NCBI GenBank assembly: GCA_964252035.1
Contig: OZ176200.1
Source: Podarcis erhardii
Lineage: Eukaryota
Length of the DNA: 64,000 nt
Direction: 5' to 3' (one strand)
Part shown: positions 1-12,888 of the stretch, one piece after another
Numbering within the stretch: position 1 is the stretch's first letter
Layout of the letters: each line of letters begins with the position of its first letter
The notes under the pieces: model-generated
Told to the model about the DNA's origin: nothing
Seen by the model: only the letters and a program-made list of their open reading frames with translations
Databases searched by the model: none
Program-made: the position numbers and the translations under genes

Positions 1-1532
1 CCTACATATAAAGAAAAAGGGGATTGAGGGAAACAAGCAAACACAGAGCACCAGTTTCTTAAGGCTACAAAATTATTCTAACATTTGTAGCTTGAGCAGT
101 TCAGGCAGAGCCAAATGGATGTGATCTCTCAGCAGCAGAGTCCATGTAGCAGGCTCTGCTTCCTATATATCCCACTAGAGCAGCCAGATAGAATAACCAT
201 GCCTATACTATTTTTTTAAAAAAAAATCCTGAATTGGAATTCAACACTTTTAAGTTTAAGACTTTAAAGTCCTCCCTTTCCACAAGCAATTAGCATACAT
301 TGCACGAGTAGCCTAGCCTTAATTGTACTCCTTAATGGTCCTCTCCTCCTCATTATTCAGCAACCCTTCATTGGCCCCTCAATGTAGCATGGTAATTTTT
401 CCTTCTATTGTTTCTTCAGATTTTAAGCTGATAACGGCGCCTGCCAAAGTTATGTGAAGTCTAGAAGTGACAGGCATTATCTTGACTTAGCAGAGCTTCA
501 GAAAAATGGCTTCCACTTTATTAGCATAGACCGCTTGGTCTCAAGTGAATTCAGAGTGCTTTAGCTGCACCTGTGCAGATTATTTGACTGAAGAGGGCAA
601 ACGGCAAGGCTGATCTAGAAAAATACAATTTTGTTAAATTAAGTTATGCTCATGTTTGCATTGCATTTACTTTAAAATGTGAAAAAGGGAAAGTGAGGGG
701 AAAGATCCAATCATGTTCAGTCCTCTGTACAGCAGATTTCACCTTCTGAAAGTAGTTTCGGAATACCACAGGCCCGCTTCACACATCATATCAAACAACA
801 GTTAAGGAAAAACTATGATTAATATGCTTATACAATGTGCTGGTGCATACTGGGAGCCAAGATTTTATCTTGGTTTGTTTGGAGAGAAACCATGAGCCCA
901 GGTTCAGACATTGCACCAACCTGACTTGTTTTCCAGAGACGTGGTAGCAGCATGAGCAGGAGAGGAGTTTTGTGTGTGTGTGCATGCGCGCGCGCACACA
1001 CACATCAGCACAATGTGCATTCACATTAAGCCATGTTTGGTTTTAACTATAGTTTTAACTATAGTTTAACTATAGCATGCAAGCCAGGTCACTCTCCTTC
1101 TTATGTAAGCAGAACAATGATCCAGCACTGCAATCTGATTTCATGATTTCCACTGGTTTTATTACCATTGAAATGAAGTGAAGCAACTCCACAAAACAGT
1201 GAAGGTGTAGGTAAGAAACTCCCGTGGTGAAATGCAGCCTTAGCTTAATTCAACTCACAAGACACAAAGAGGAGGAGCACAGGCTCTTACAGATAGCAAT
1301 GTGGTGCATGACATTTTTATGGGTGTGGGGATGGACAGTTATTTAAGAAGAACCTAGCATTGCAATAGGATCCAAGTTGGGTTGGCCACAGCTGATTCAT
1401 GAAAGTCAAACATATTTGCTGAACAGAAGCTGTGTCACCCACCCACCCAGAGTCCTTTTTGTGTTTAAATTAGGCCTTTGCTGCACAGATTTACCATATA
1501 TATTTGCATTTGTTTGCATATTTTTAAAAATA

Positions 1533-1792
1533 CAGTCATACCTCGGGTTACAGACACTTCAGGTTGCGTTTTTTTGGGTTGCGGACCGCTGAAACCTGGA
1601 AGTACCAGAATGCGTTACTTCCGAGTTTCAGCGGTCATGCATGCGCAGAAGCACTAAATTGCGCTTTGCGCATGTGCAGAAGCGCTGAGTCACAACCTGC
1701 GCCTGCACAGACGCACTGCTGCAGGTTGCGAACACTGCGGGTTGCGAACGTGCATCCCGCACGGATCACATTTGCAACCCGAGCATCCACTG
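1533..1792. mobile_element. Tc1/mariner (Tigger-like) non-autonomous MITE
   Basis: Termini CAGTCATACCTCGGGTT ... AACCCGAGCATCCACTG, flanked by TA on both sides (1531-1532, 1793-1794). The interior is CpG-rich. Confidence 0.85.
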
Positions 1793-2811
1793 TAGTAGCT
1801 ACAAAGAGGGCTCACAATCTCAACCATGAAGCAGTTAAATGGGGTCAGTCCTCCCTCCTGGTGCCATAATCCAACAGAACTCTTCTATCACCCAAGCTGC
1901 TATCTACCCAGCAAGGGAAACTTCCAGTGGCTTGTGTCAATCAAGATTAAATGCCAAATCAACTTATCTGAGTTGACAGATGTCAATGAAAATAACTGGC
2001 AGATATGCTGCTACAGCTTTGTATGAGGGGGGGACTAGGTTATTTTGTTGTATTGTGCCACTGCACTGCTTTCCAGGCTTCTTATCAGGCAAGATATGAA
2101 AGTATTCACATTTGGGCAACCAAAAGACCCTCCCCCCTTTTTCCTTACAGGGACAGAAATTGCCCGGGACTCCACAAATGAAAGGCCCCCACACATGGAG
2201 GTCCCACATCAACATTGTTTAATGCTGTATTTGACGTTTATGTTAGGGTGATGAAACATGAGAAAAGGATCCATATGCGCAAAAATAATAATAATGAAGG
2301 AATGACATGTATCACTCTTGGCCACTTTGAAATTATTTTCTGGCAACCTCTAGATCACCGTATGGAAGTATTTTAAACTGCAGTTTTAAAAAATTGTTTT
2401 AATCTGATTTAGTATTGCTTTGCTTTTGATTTTTAATTGTCTATCTGCTTGCCGCCCTAGGCTTCTCCAGGAGGAAGGGCAATATATAAATTCAATAAAT
2501 AAATACATCGCTTGGGAATCCAATATAGTATTTAATTTTGTCTTTTAATTTTAGAGACATAAAATATTAATATTCTGGTTCCATGTATGGATGGCATTTG
2601 AAAGCATCATATGCACATTTATTTATTTCCTTGCTGGAAGGGAATGCCATTGGCACATGGGACTGAGAGAAGGAATGGATGAAGCCCTGGCCTCTCCTAT
2701 TCCTAAAAGTGCCATACTCAGAATGTTTCCCCATCCTTAATTCTATTCACTGTACACCAGCGTTCAACGTGCCTGGGAGTTCTGCCCCATTTTGTATCTG
2801 AGCCAAAAAGA

Positions 2812-3385
2812 GGCACCAACTTTGGCATGTGACGTCACGTGCATGATGCCGGGAGGAGCCGGGGGGGGGGGGGAGCCAAATGTGGCAGCAGCCCGGCTTC
2901 AATGGCCAGCAACTCCTCCTTCTCCTGCCACTGCCACCAGAGTGGCTCTTGCCACTGTTTCACCACTCCTTCCCATCTGCTGCTGCAGGAGCAGCAGGAG
3001 GAAGAGCTGGCAACTGAAGCCATGCCACACTTTGCTCTGCATTTGGCCTCTTCCACTCCCTTTGAATACTGGGGGATGGTCCCCTCCCAAAAATATTGGA
3101 GCCCCAAAGAGCTTAGGACAGGGGTCAGCAAACATTTTCAGCAGGGGGCCAGTCCACTGTCCCTCAAACCTTGTGGGAGGCATGACTGTATTTTTTTGGG
3201 AGGGGGGATTAACGAATTCCTGTGCCCCACAATAATGCATTTTAAATAAAAGGACACATTCTACTCACGTAAAAACAAGCTGATTCCCGGACTGTCCGCG
3301 GGCCGGCTTTAGAAGGCGACTGGGTGGGATACGGCCCCCAGGCCTTAGTTTGCCTATCCATGCCCTAGGAGATGGCACCCCAGAA
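2812..3385 (-). mobile_element. Older non-autonomous DNA element interrupted by the 3119-3362 MITE
   Basis: Read on the minus strand, the flanks give GGGGTGCCATCTCCTAGG...AATATTTTTGGGAGGGG...AAGTTGGTGCCTCT, resembling the element at 6798-6986. Confidence 0.5.
3119..3362. mobile_element. hAT-type MITE nested in an older non-autonomous element
   Basis: Termini CAGGGGTCAGCAAA ... TTTGCCTATCCATG. The 8-bp flanks are gcttagga and ccctagga (6/8 identical, central TAG). Confidence 0.75.
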
Positions 3386-5236
3386 GCCAAATGTCATTGA
3401 GGCCCATGTCTGAACTACACCAAGTCAGAAATCTTTGAGTACATGTGTTAAGGCTTAGCACTACCTAGGAGTATTTTTACCCATGCTATATTTCGTCTTG
3501 GTTACCCAAAGGGCGCTACTATGATTACAGCCACACCAGGGTTATCAAAGCTGTGTTGTGCCTCTGCTCACATATTCAGATTGCAGAATCCATTCTGGGT
3601 TCCATATTCTTGGACTGGAGTCCACTTCATAAGATACCTGAAGACTTCATGCAACAAAGCTTTTTGTTGTTTTTCACCATAGTAAAGCTGATTCTCAGAT
3701 CAGATGCGGGGAAAATGTAGTTCAGCAACATCTGAAGGGCCACAACTCCCAGCATCCTGGCCACTGGCCTTGCCTACTGAGGCTGATAAGTGTTGTTTGA
3801 CAAGATCTGAAGGGACAAAGGGTTCTCCACATTTGCTCTACACCATCCTGTAAGTGCTTTTTGTTTAAAAACCATACACTGAGTATAGTTGTGTGTTAGT
3901 ACAGTTGTTTATACCCCCATCGCTATATTGTTGCTCTGTGCTTCTTCCATAATACATAATATTAGGGATGCTCACTGTCATTGAACCTCAATTTTGTTGC
4001 CAAGGATCTTTAAGGAAAACCCCAAAACTTCCTGTTTTTAATATCCAAACTGATATAGTCCATGGATGTTTAAATGGTCACATGCTCTTTAGTACCACTG
4101 CAGATTTCATCGGAAATGACTAGCGACGTATAATGCTTTTAAAGAGCAGGTGGTAATTGAACTGCAGGCAGCTAAACCACATAATCACAATTAGCAACAT
4201 TAGCAAGAGAGTGCAAATCTCATTGAAATCAAGACACCTGGTTGTTTCCCCTGGTATCTTTAACACTGCTTGATATTCTCTTGATTGCTCTTGATTGCCC
4301 TTGTGAATCTACTGTTTGTGTCTTCCTCATTCTGATTAATTACCCTTCCATAATATATTACCTTACATTTTAGCCAAGAGCAGACTGTACTTACACATAC
4401 TTTCCCTGCTGAGAGTTAGCAGTTTCTCCTTACATAGAGGACATTTAGCACTACTTTCCGGACACATGATTTAGTCGCATTGGCTTTAAATGCTTTATTG
4501 ATCTTGTGTTTGTTTTTAATCATGGGTTTATGTACATTTGTTTTTAACCAGTGCATTTTAGTCATGTTTTATACATAATTGGATTTGTACTCTGGATAAT
4601 TTGGCGTGGGGTGGGGGACAAGCGGTTGATAAATTTCTAAATAAATAAATACATCCAAATGCAGAAGGGTTTGGGGGGGCAGGTATCCTTGGTCAATGCA
4701 TCTTTGGTGGAAATCACAGTTTCCGATTCTGGCTTGTTTCAACAAACCTTAGCTGAAACTATCCACACTGTGTTTTTATCGTATGACAAAATTACATTGT
4801 GATGCTTCATAGGAAGCAAATCATAAAGGCAAATTGTTATCACCATCTCTTTGGTTTAGTATTTTATCTTGGACACTGTGACTGAAGTAGTTAATTATCC
4901 TTCTGCCCCAAGGCTTTTTTTTCAGCCGGAACTCACCAGAACCTCTCAGGTGGGCTCCATTGCCATTGTAAGAGAACAAGGGAGGTGTTTTTTCTCTAGA
5001 AAAATAGCACTAGTCCCATCATTGAAAGGTGAGCCCTCCCCTGCTCCTGCAATGAAGCGCACAGCAGCCCTATTCTGGGTCAGTAACATGGGGGGGGGGG
5101 AGTCAATAGTTCTCACAACAGCATGGTAATTTGGCCTACAGCCTAGTTACTTCCCATCCATTACATCTGGTATAGATACTGGGTTGCATCCAATAGTGTT
5201 CATACTCACCGGTAGACCCAGTAAAAATAATGAAGA

Positions 5237-5471
5237 GTTTGGATTTGATATCCCGTTTTATCACTACCCGAAGGAGTCTCAAAGCGGTTCACAATCTCCT
5301 TTCCCTTCCTCCTCCACAACAAACACTTTGTGAGGTGAGTGGGGCTAAGAGACTTCAGAGAAGTGTGACTGGCCCAAGGTCACCCAGCAGCTGCATGTGG
5401 AGGAGCGGAGACGCGAACCCGGTTCACCAGATTACGAGTCCAGCGCTCTTAACCACACCACACTGGCTCTC
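5237..5471 (-). mobile_element. Squam3-like tRNA-derived SINE
   Basis: The minus strand starts GAGAGCCAGTGTGGTGTGGTTAAGAGCGCTGGACTCGTAATCTGGTGAACCGGGTTCGCG (A and B boxes). It is near-identical to the copies at 23988 and 24906. Confidence 0.85.
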
Positions 5472-6797
5472 ATGACTAATGTATGTCCATTACTTTCAGT
5501 GGGTCTCCTCAAAGTAGAGCTTAGTTGGATACGGCCTCTGCTCTCCTGCGTTTGAATCAGAACTTGAAGAAGTATTTGGCAAAGACAGATACACACTGTG
5601 AACTATGCATGTGAAGAAGCCCTGATATACAAACCCATCAGTGAATCATTTCCCCTTTTTTGATATGAACACAAATTCCAAGCAAATTAGACGTTAGATT
5701 TTGCAACCAAATAAAAATACTGTTAACCTTTTGAAGCCGGTAGGGTAAGCTGAACAGAAATGATGTGGAAAATCTGCTGCCAATACTGCATTTCAGATTC
5801 CACCCCTCCTGCCCCCACTTTCAGCAGCAAAACTGATTATTCTGCTGTAACCAGCAAATAACCTCAATTAGAATAGAAGTTACATGTATTCCTGTAACAG
5901 GGACTTTATCTCCCCTTGGCTAAAATGACCTTTGAAAAACTAAGGTAAAACTTTTAATTAAAAATGTGGGTAGCTTTTTAGCTTGCTTGTAAAACAGAAA
6001 CTTTTTGCACACTCTTTCATTGTTTCTGAAGTACAAAGGCTTACAACAGGTTCTAAAATATTCATTGTTTTCTATGGGTAATATGTATTCACTTATAGGT
6101 TTAATCTTCAACTCACATTTTTCACATAAAATATGCTCGCATGAAAGGTCCATTTCTTTGTCGCTATGATGCTTTATGAATAAAATAGGTTATGGCATTT
6201 CCATTTGGTAAGTTTGTATATGAAAGACGGGGTTCATTACGCCAAATTGATTAATGAGTGAAATATGTCTGTTTGCACTTGACGCGCAATAAACTGTACT
6301 GTTGGAGAACTGCTTTTATTAGTATAAATCATTTATTTGCTTACGAGCTGCACTGGGGTGAAGCTAAATGTAAGTTGAAGTTAAATAAATACAGGCATCT
6401 CCTAGCTTGTGATTCATTGCACACAATCCCCAAAGAAGTTAATAACTTTTCTATGTTGAGTATGGGCACTTTTATTTTCTTAGGATGAATTACAGAAATG
6501 AAAAGTTGCCTTGAGATACCTTTATGCAGATAATTCATAGCAGACTAAGCTGATTAGTTATTGTTTTGAAACATGCCCCTTCTTTTCAAGGGCTGTGCCT
6601 TATCCCATTGCAGAAGAGAACTGCAGTATAAGTGCCTCTTATTTCAAAATATGCAAAGCATCAATTATTACCATTTTCTGAGAGAGAGAAAAAGGTCAAA
6701 CATTGCAATGGATAGTTGGAATTTAACATATATGATTCTGAACAAAAATTCTCCCAAATCAGCTAGGTACATACTCAAATGGAAGCAGGCTTCCAGA

Positions 6798-6986
6798 CAT
6801 AGGAGCCAACTCCTAGGGGCTAAGGGATCTTCAGCCCCCCCCCCTAAAATATTTGAGGGGGCCAAGCCACCCCAAAGTTGATGAGCATTGCCATTCAAAT
6901 GGTATGCGTGCACGTCATGTGGTTGATTATGCAGGGCAGGGCTTACCAGCCCCAGCCCCAATATTTCATTCAAGTAGATACTTCTG
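6798..6986. mobile_element. hAT-type MITE
   Basis: Starts CATAGGAGCCAACT and ends AGTAGATACTTCTG. The 8-bp flanks are cttccaga and cttccaaa (7/8). Confidence 0.7.
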
Positions 6987-6999
6987 CTTCCAAACACTT

Positions 7000-7560
7000 A
7001 TCATTGGATGCAAGCAGATGCTACTGGTCTAATAACATTAAGCTGCAGCCAGTTCTCTGAGAAAGTAGCCTCATCAAGTAAGCTGCAAGTATGTAGATCT
7101 AGTGTTCAATGGACATAACAGAAGATCAATGCAATTGTAGCTTCTTTGGCATGGCTTTGCATGTGCTTAGTTGCGTTCAGGCCATCATGTGGGTATCATT
7201 CATGAACTGATGAGATTACTGAGGGTTCCGCCAGGGTGGTGTTTTATTGTAGGTGTATTCTGCAACTTGACCTTGATGAAATAATAGCGCATGAGTGGTG
7301 GATTTACTCTGCTTTAGTGTGTTCTGTGTTGCTTCCCCAATGCTGTCACATCATTGTTGTCCAGAGGGGCAACAACGCAACAAAAGCTGAACAAAAATAA
7401 GCCAGAATGTTTGTAATATAAAAAAGCATGGGATTGCAGCAGAAAATTAACAGGATATGCACTGACTGGAAATGAAGCATGCCACTGTTGCAGGTGCAAA
7501 CAATAGAGAAAGAGCTTCTAGTGGATATGACCATCCTGACAGCATCTTGAGCACAAATAA
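7000..7560 (-). mobile_element. Possible highly decayed Gypsy/Ty3 pol (RNase H region) relic
   Basis: With a frameshift the minus strand gives EALSIVCTC (cf. EALAIVWAC), followed by PPLMRYYFIKVKLQNTPTIKHHPGG (cf. PARIQRWxLRLQxYxFTIKYRPG). The spacing is irregular and there are many stops. Confidence 0.3.
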
Positions 7561-10368
7561 TCATGAATGCACAGTAAAAATGGCACCTACGTAAGTCCCT
7601 GTGTCAAAGAATTGGAGCCATCTAGCCTGGCACTCTCAAACTAGTGGCAACTTTCTCAAATCTCAGGTAGGGATCTTTCCTAGCCACCAAGCATCCCCAG
7701 AGATTTAACTTGGAACTTTATGCGTGTAAAACATGCTATGGCCCCTTTGGGGCTTACACCCAAGCAAAGAGATTGGGTTCAAGGTGTACCTAAACAACAA
7801 GTAGTCTGATCCTCTGCCACACAACCAGCACAGTTGTCATCTAAATCTGTAGCAGTTTAGATGCAGATGAAGGAGCATTTTCTATCTGAGAAGCAGGGCA
7901 ACCTTACTAAGGGCCAGGTATTTACTTGTGGTTCTTGACATACAAAAGTTGGAGGACAGCAGATTAGGGGAATCTGTGGCCCCAGCCATCATGGCCAATG
8001 ATCAGGAAATATATGATAGGGCCACATGCTGGCTCTAGTCCTATCTAGACCCTCTTCTTGTTCCCTTCTTATCCCTGGCAAAGTCTCTGAAGGTTCTTTC
8101 CTGTCATACTGTAGCTGAGTTGCTTCAGGAGAGCATGTGAAAATTTGCTTTGTGTGCTGGCCTGCTGCTGGCATATTAGTATCACATCAAGACAACTAAT
8201 GACACCTTTTCTGGGCATTCACAGCATCTGGTCTCACCTGTTGGTGGGGATGGGCCTTTGGAGGCAATGGATATACTTTATGAAAGTGTGGATAATAAAT
8301 ACTGAAACAATTTAAACAGTGTAGTTGGGAGTGATTCAGTCTATGCCAGCGCCTCATTCTGCTACATGTATAGATCAGACAGGCATCAACCAGACCTTTA
8401 AATAAAAGCATTGACAATTCCTGCTTGATCATTCCACAACACAGAGGCCCTTGTCCAGATTTTTAAAACTACGTGAAGAGCAGAACATATTTTAAAAACA
8501 CAGCCAAATTGTCAAGTAATTATCATTATCCAATGAGCCAACTTTATAGTGCTGGCTGGCACCAGAGTCTGCCATTTCAATTTATTGAACTTACATCTGC
8601 TAACAATGGTATTATGCTTTGCCAAATATATTTTAAGAGGGATGCCAAAGGTCTATGATAGGTCCCACTCCTCCAGATTTTGTGTGTGTGTGTGTGGTCT
8701 GTCAGACTGTTATATACACATTCTGGTAAACAAGAGAATGGAGCAGTATGGGACAATTTCATCCAGTAGCCAAATACATGGTGTTTGAGACTACATGCCC
8801 ACCGAAAAGTGAACATTTAGCAACTGTTACCAAGCAACAATCTCTGAGAATAAATTGAATCCCAATTTTTGATAGTGGAAATAAAAAACTTAAATCTTTT
8901 GATCAGCGCTTGCTACAGCATATCCTGTATTTACACTCAACAGTTTCTGATATTTTCTTTATCATAACACATACCCTCTTCTAATGTATATTTGTAGGCA
9001 AAGCTAAACCATATATTTCATGAAACAATTCCCTAAGAAACCTACTCATTTTTTTTAGCATAAGAGTAATGAAGAAAATGAGCCTTCACGAAGGCTTGCT
9101 ATAGTGTGATATCAGGTACCCATCACACAGGAGCATTACATCATGATTTGATGTAATGGTGGTCTTACATTTTCTAAGCCCTCCAGCTTTCCAGTTCAGG
9201 GGCACCAGTTATTAGTCCATTATGTTTTCGCTGTCGTTGATCTACTGTCCTCCAAACCCCAGGCAAGAGTGCAAAAAAGTCTGGGCAAACTGTCTTTGAT
9301 TTCACTTTAGTTTGTGCTTTGAAACAAAGTTTTGATCTGCCTCCCATGTTGCAAGGAAATTCACCACAAGATTGCTGTAGCACAAGTGATCTAATTTTTT
9401 ACCTGAAAGGAATATCCTGGAAAGAAATAGATATGTTTTTGTACATTTCTTAAAAGGAGGAGGAGGGAAATTCCTTCATCTGGGTCTTTCCAAAGAATCT
9501 GACAACCTGGTTTCATGCTCTTTGTGAAACATATGGAAGAGGCAGATTTAGGAGACCACAACCAGTTCAGTTGTACTGGGCATGGAGCCATGGTGGTGCT
9601 GCAACTATGATTTAGATGGAAGGGGGCCTCGAATTTTGGCATTGCACAAGGCAACACTGAAATCTGTGACTGCATATGAACTAAAATCATTCAGGACAGA
9701 AGAACCAAGGGCTCCAGAATTTACACAGTGAGTGTACAGTAGTGATTTTGATTCTGACAAGGACATCTTACTATTGCTTCAAACTGCAGAATTTCCTTTC
9801 ATATGAGGAGCATTAATTCTGAAAGATTTACCCAATGCACTTATACTCACTCTGTCCAATAACAACTAGTAATTCACGCCCAGACATTTGTCACCTTGGA
9901 AATGCAATTTAAAATCATTATCTAATCATTCCTTTCTGTTTTCCTGGGGGGTAAGAAAGAAGGGAAAATCCATACCCCTCCCCTCCCCCGATGAATAATA
10001 GGAAGATATAAAGCACCTGGTTTTTACTTTTCATAAAATCAAAAGGGACTCTTGATCTGAAAGAGGTTCACTCATACATGGTCCAAGTTACAGTCAGTGT
10101 TTCAGTTTTTTCACACATGAGAGAATTGAAAAAGGTTAGCAGCAGCACACAATGCTTATTCAGATATTTGAAAAATGTTCAGGGTACATATTCTTCCTGC
10201 CACTGTACCACTTTTGAAAACAGGAAGAGGGTGGTCTGTTTTCATGCATACACACACCATGTCAAAAAGACACAAAGCAGATGTTCCAGGTGGAAACTTT
10301 CTAGCCTAGGCACCAACCAGAGATGCAAACATTCAATGCTACAGAGGAGCATTTGAATATGCTGTTCC

Positions 10369-10717
10369 CAGGGCCGGATTTAGGTTTGATGAGGCCCTAA
10401 GCTACTGAACGTAATGGGGCCCTTTATATGTCCAGCTGTCCTTTGTCAACAACAAATTGTCGCTGTTTTTTGTGTTGAATATATGCTGTATGGTAATTGG
10501 ATACCTAATAGGTATCTAAAGCCATTTGCCCATAACAAATAGGAGCCTACACGACACAAAACACTGTTGCTGTATGTAGGTTTTACTTTATTTGTTTTTT
10601 ATCTTATATTTTGGAAATGTACATCCAGTTGTTTTTTCCTTTAAATTTTTTTGGGGCCCCCAAGAGAGTGGGGCCCTAAGCTATAGCTTGTTTAGCTTAT
10701 ACATAAATCCAGCACTG
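10369..10717. mobile_element. hAT non-autonomous element
   Basis: TIRs CAGGGCCGGATTTA / TAAATCCAGCACTG, with a perfect 8-bp TSD gctgttcc (10361-10368, 10718-10725). Confidence 0.9.
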
Positions 10718-11071
10718 GCTGTTCCCACCACCACCTGCATGCCAAAGCAGTACAATCCTAAGATGGCTACAGTCATCTGTTTTGACCTTAAGAAACTTAT
10801 AAACTGTTCTCAACAGGTTCCTAAGAAAATCATAGGTTTTGAAGGGGCCACATTTAGCACAGTCATTTTCCTAGCTTTTTCTTCTTCTTTTCTTTTCCAG
10901 ATTATCCTTTCCATATTAACTTGTCTACCAAGTCACCCCTGTCATAGAGCCTCTTTTCACGGCAGAGGAATCTAGAGCAGAGTCTCACCACTGGGACTTG
11001 CCATTATCCTCATGAGATGACAGAAATCCACAGAAAGCTTGCTCAACACTCCCCTGTCTTGGTTTATTGTA

Positions 11072-11240
11072 ACAAAACAAATTCCTTCCAGTAGCACCTT
11101 AAAGACCAACTAAGTCAGTTCTTGGTATGAGCTTTCGTGTGCATGCACACTTCTTCAGATACCAAGGTATCTGAAGGTGCTACTGGAAGGAATTTGTTTT
11201 GTTTTGACTATGGCAGACCAACACGGCTACCTATCTGTAA
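11072..11240 (+). mobile_element. Penelope-like element 3' fragment with inverted 5' arm (fold-back insertion)
   Basis: 13-bp TSD ttggtttattgta (11059-11071, 11241-11253). Perfect 29-bp inverted arms at 11072-11100 and 11174-11202. The terminus GGCAGACCAACACGGCTACCTATCTGTAA is shared with the 54142 element. Confidence 0.8.
11121..11166 (-). ncRNA. Minimal type I hammerhead ribozyme motif (PLE-associated)
   Basis: Minus strand: CUUGGUAU-CUGAAGA-A-GUGUG(CAUG)CACAC-GAAA-GC-UC^AUACCAAG. This gives an 8-bp stem I, the CUGANGA and GAAA core, a 5-bp stem II, a palindromic AGCU in place of stem III, and a predicted CUC cleavage triplet. There is one extra A after A9. Confidence 0.75.
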
Positions 11241-12475
11241 TTGGTTTATTGTAGAGAGTGATTGGTAATGTTAGAAAAATTGTCTATGGGAAATGGAGTA
11301 CTCACATCACTATCTTCTAAGTCAGAGTTCCTGCTAACCTTTCTCAGGATGCAATCTGCAAAAAAATGTTCCCCTTTCCTAACTTCTTCCATAAGGCTAG
11401 GCCATCTGTCTGCATGCCCCTGGCAAATAAGCCTACAGAACTGATACCACAGTGTGTCGTACATGTTACAATAATGCAGATAAATCGAATGAGTTGATGA
11501 ATATATTCATGGAGTGAAGCTGCTATCCCGGATTGAAGACCTGAATATATTTAGATCCCAGTCCTAAGCATATTTACTCCAAATTGAATGGAAAGGATAT
11601 CTGAACAAATAGCTAAAATTGTAGCATGAGCTGAACTAGTAAAAATGGACTGAAAGTTGTACACCACTGAATTCTAGTTGCTGGGGAGCAACAATAGGAT
11701 ATGGCCTCTGATGGACCACTGAGAAAAAGCAGGACTGAATAGATCAGCAGGGCTTTTCTTACATGTTCATGTTATATGATAAAATATTTTAATAAGCCAA
11801 ATTATATTTTATATCAAGACAAGACTAGACCCACGGAATGTCATCTTTTCTACATTTTGCTCCAGACAACAGGATGGGATATGGCTAACTAACCTAGTTA
11901 CTAATATGGTTCACTAAAGGCACAAATCAATGGTTAAAATTAAAAGAGCATGGCATTTTATTAGTTATCAATATTTCTTTTCAATTTAAGTATAGACAAA
12001 AATTACTGAAGGGGGAGAATATGGGCAGTCAAGAAGGGAGGGTGTCATCTACTTTTAACCTCCTTCTTCAACTCTCACCCAAGCTTCTTCACCTTGATCC
12101 AATGAAGAGGATCTATCCATGCATGGAAGCAGGCTTTGGGGAGCTGATTTGCTTACCAGGAGCAAAATGGGGTATAAATTGAACAAGCATCCAAATGCAT
12201 ACCTGATAGAAAGTGAGTGTTTGCAAGGTACATCTTCCAACAGAATGCACATACAGATCATAGCTGTCAACATTTCCCTTTTTTAAAGGGAAATTCCCTT
12301 AGTCTGAATAGGATTCCTCGCAAGAAAAGGGAAAAGTTAACAGCTATGATACAGATGTGCCCAGAAAGGCCTATTCTTATAACAACAATGCAGTATGCAA
12401 ATAGAAACCTGCAATATCCAGAGAGTTTGGATCTGGATACAATCTCTATTTGTGTTACAATCCACTGAACGGGCA

Positions 12476-12811
12476 TAATAATAGAATCATACAAGTTGGA
12501 AGGGACCCTGGGGGATCATCTAGGGCAACCACAGGAATCTTAACTAATGCATCCATTACAACCTGTGCATAGAAACCTTCAACAAAGGAGAGGCCACCAC
12601 CTCCTAAGGGAGTTTGTTCCACTGTCAAACAGCTCATAAAACCATAAAGTTCCTCCTGGTGTTTTGTTGGGAATCTCCTTTCTTATAACTTGAAGCCATT
12701 AATTCAGGTTTTAGCCTCTGGAGCAGAAGAAAACAAGCTGGCTCCATCTGCCGTGTGCCAGCCCTTGAAATATTTGAAGATGGCTATCATATCTCCTCCC
12801 AGTCTTCTCTT
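12476..12811 (-). mobile_element. CR1 LINE 3' fragment
   Basis: Typical reversed CR1 tail (ATAGAATCATA..AAGTTGGAAGGGACC), and body motifs TTGAAGCCATT and CCCTTGAAATATTTGAAGATGGCTATCAT. Confidence 0.8.
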
Positions 12812-12888
12812 AATAGAGATGCATTAATGGATAATGCATCTCTACCTTGGTTCAGAAGACTGTGGGTTTCACTCCCGCCTGGTCGGGT

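Noticed and set aside
1040-1075. Triple palindromic AACTATAGTT unit
   Set aside because: Slippage within an old AACTAT(G/A)GTT-rich repeat family also seen around 15600-16060. No independent function is evident.
2792-3249. Four overlapping 98-147 aa ORFs
   Set aside because: They lie over two nested non-autonomous DNA elements, and the peptides are low-complexity.
5400-5470. tRNA-like sequences (also at about 24150-24222, 25030-25102, 58770-58842)
   Set aside because: These are SINE heads continuous with SINE bodies and cannot form a full cloverleaf. They are not tRNA genes.
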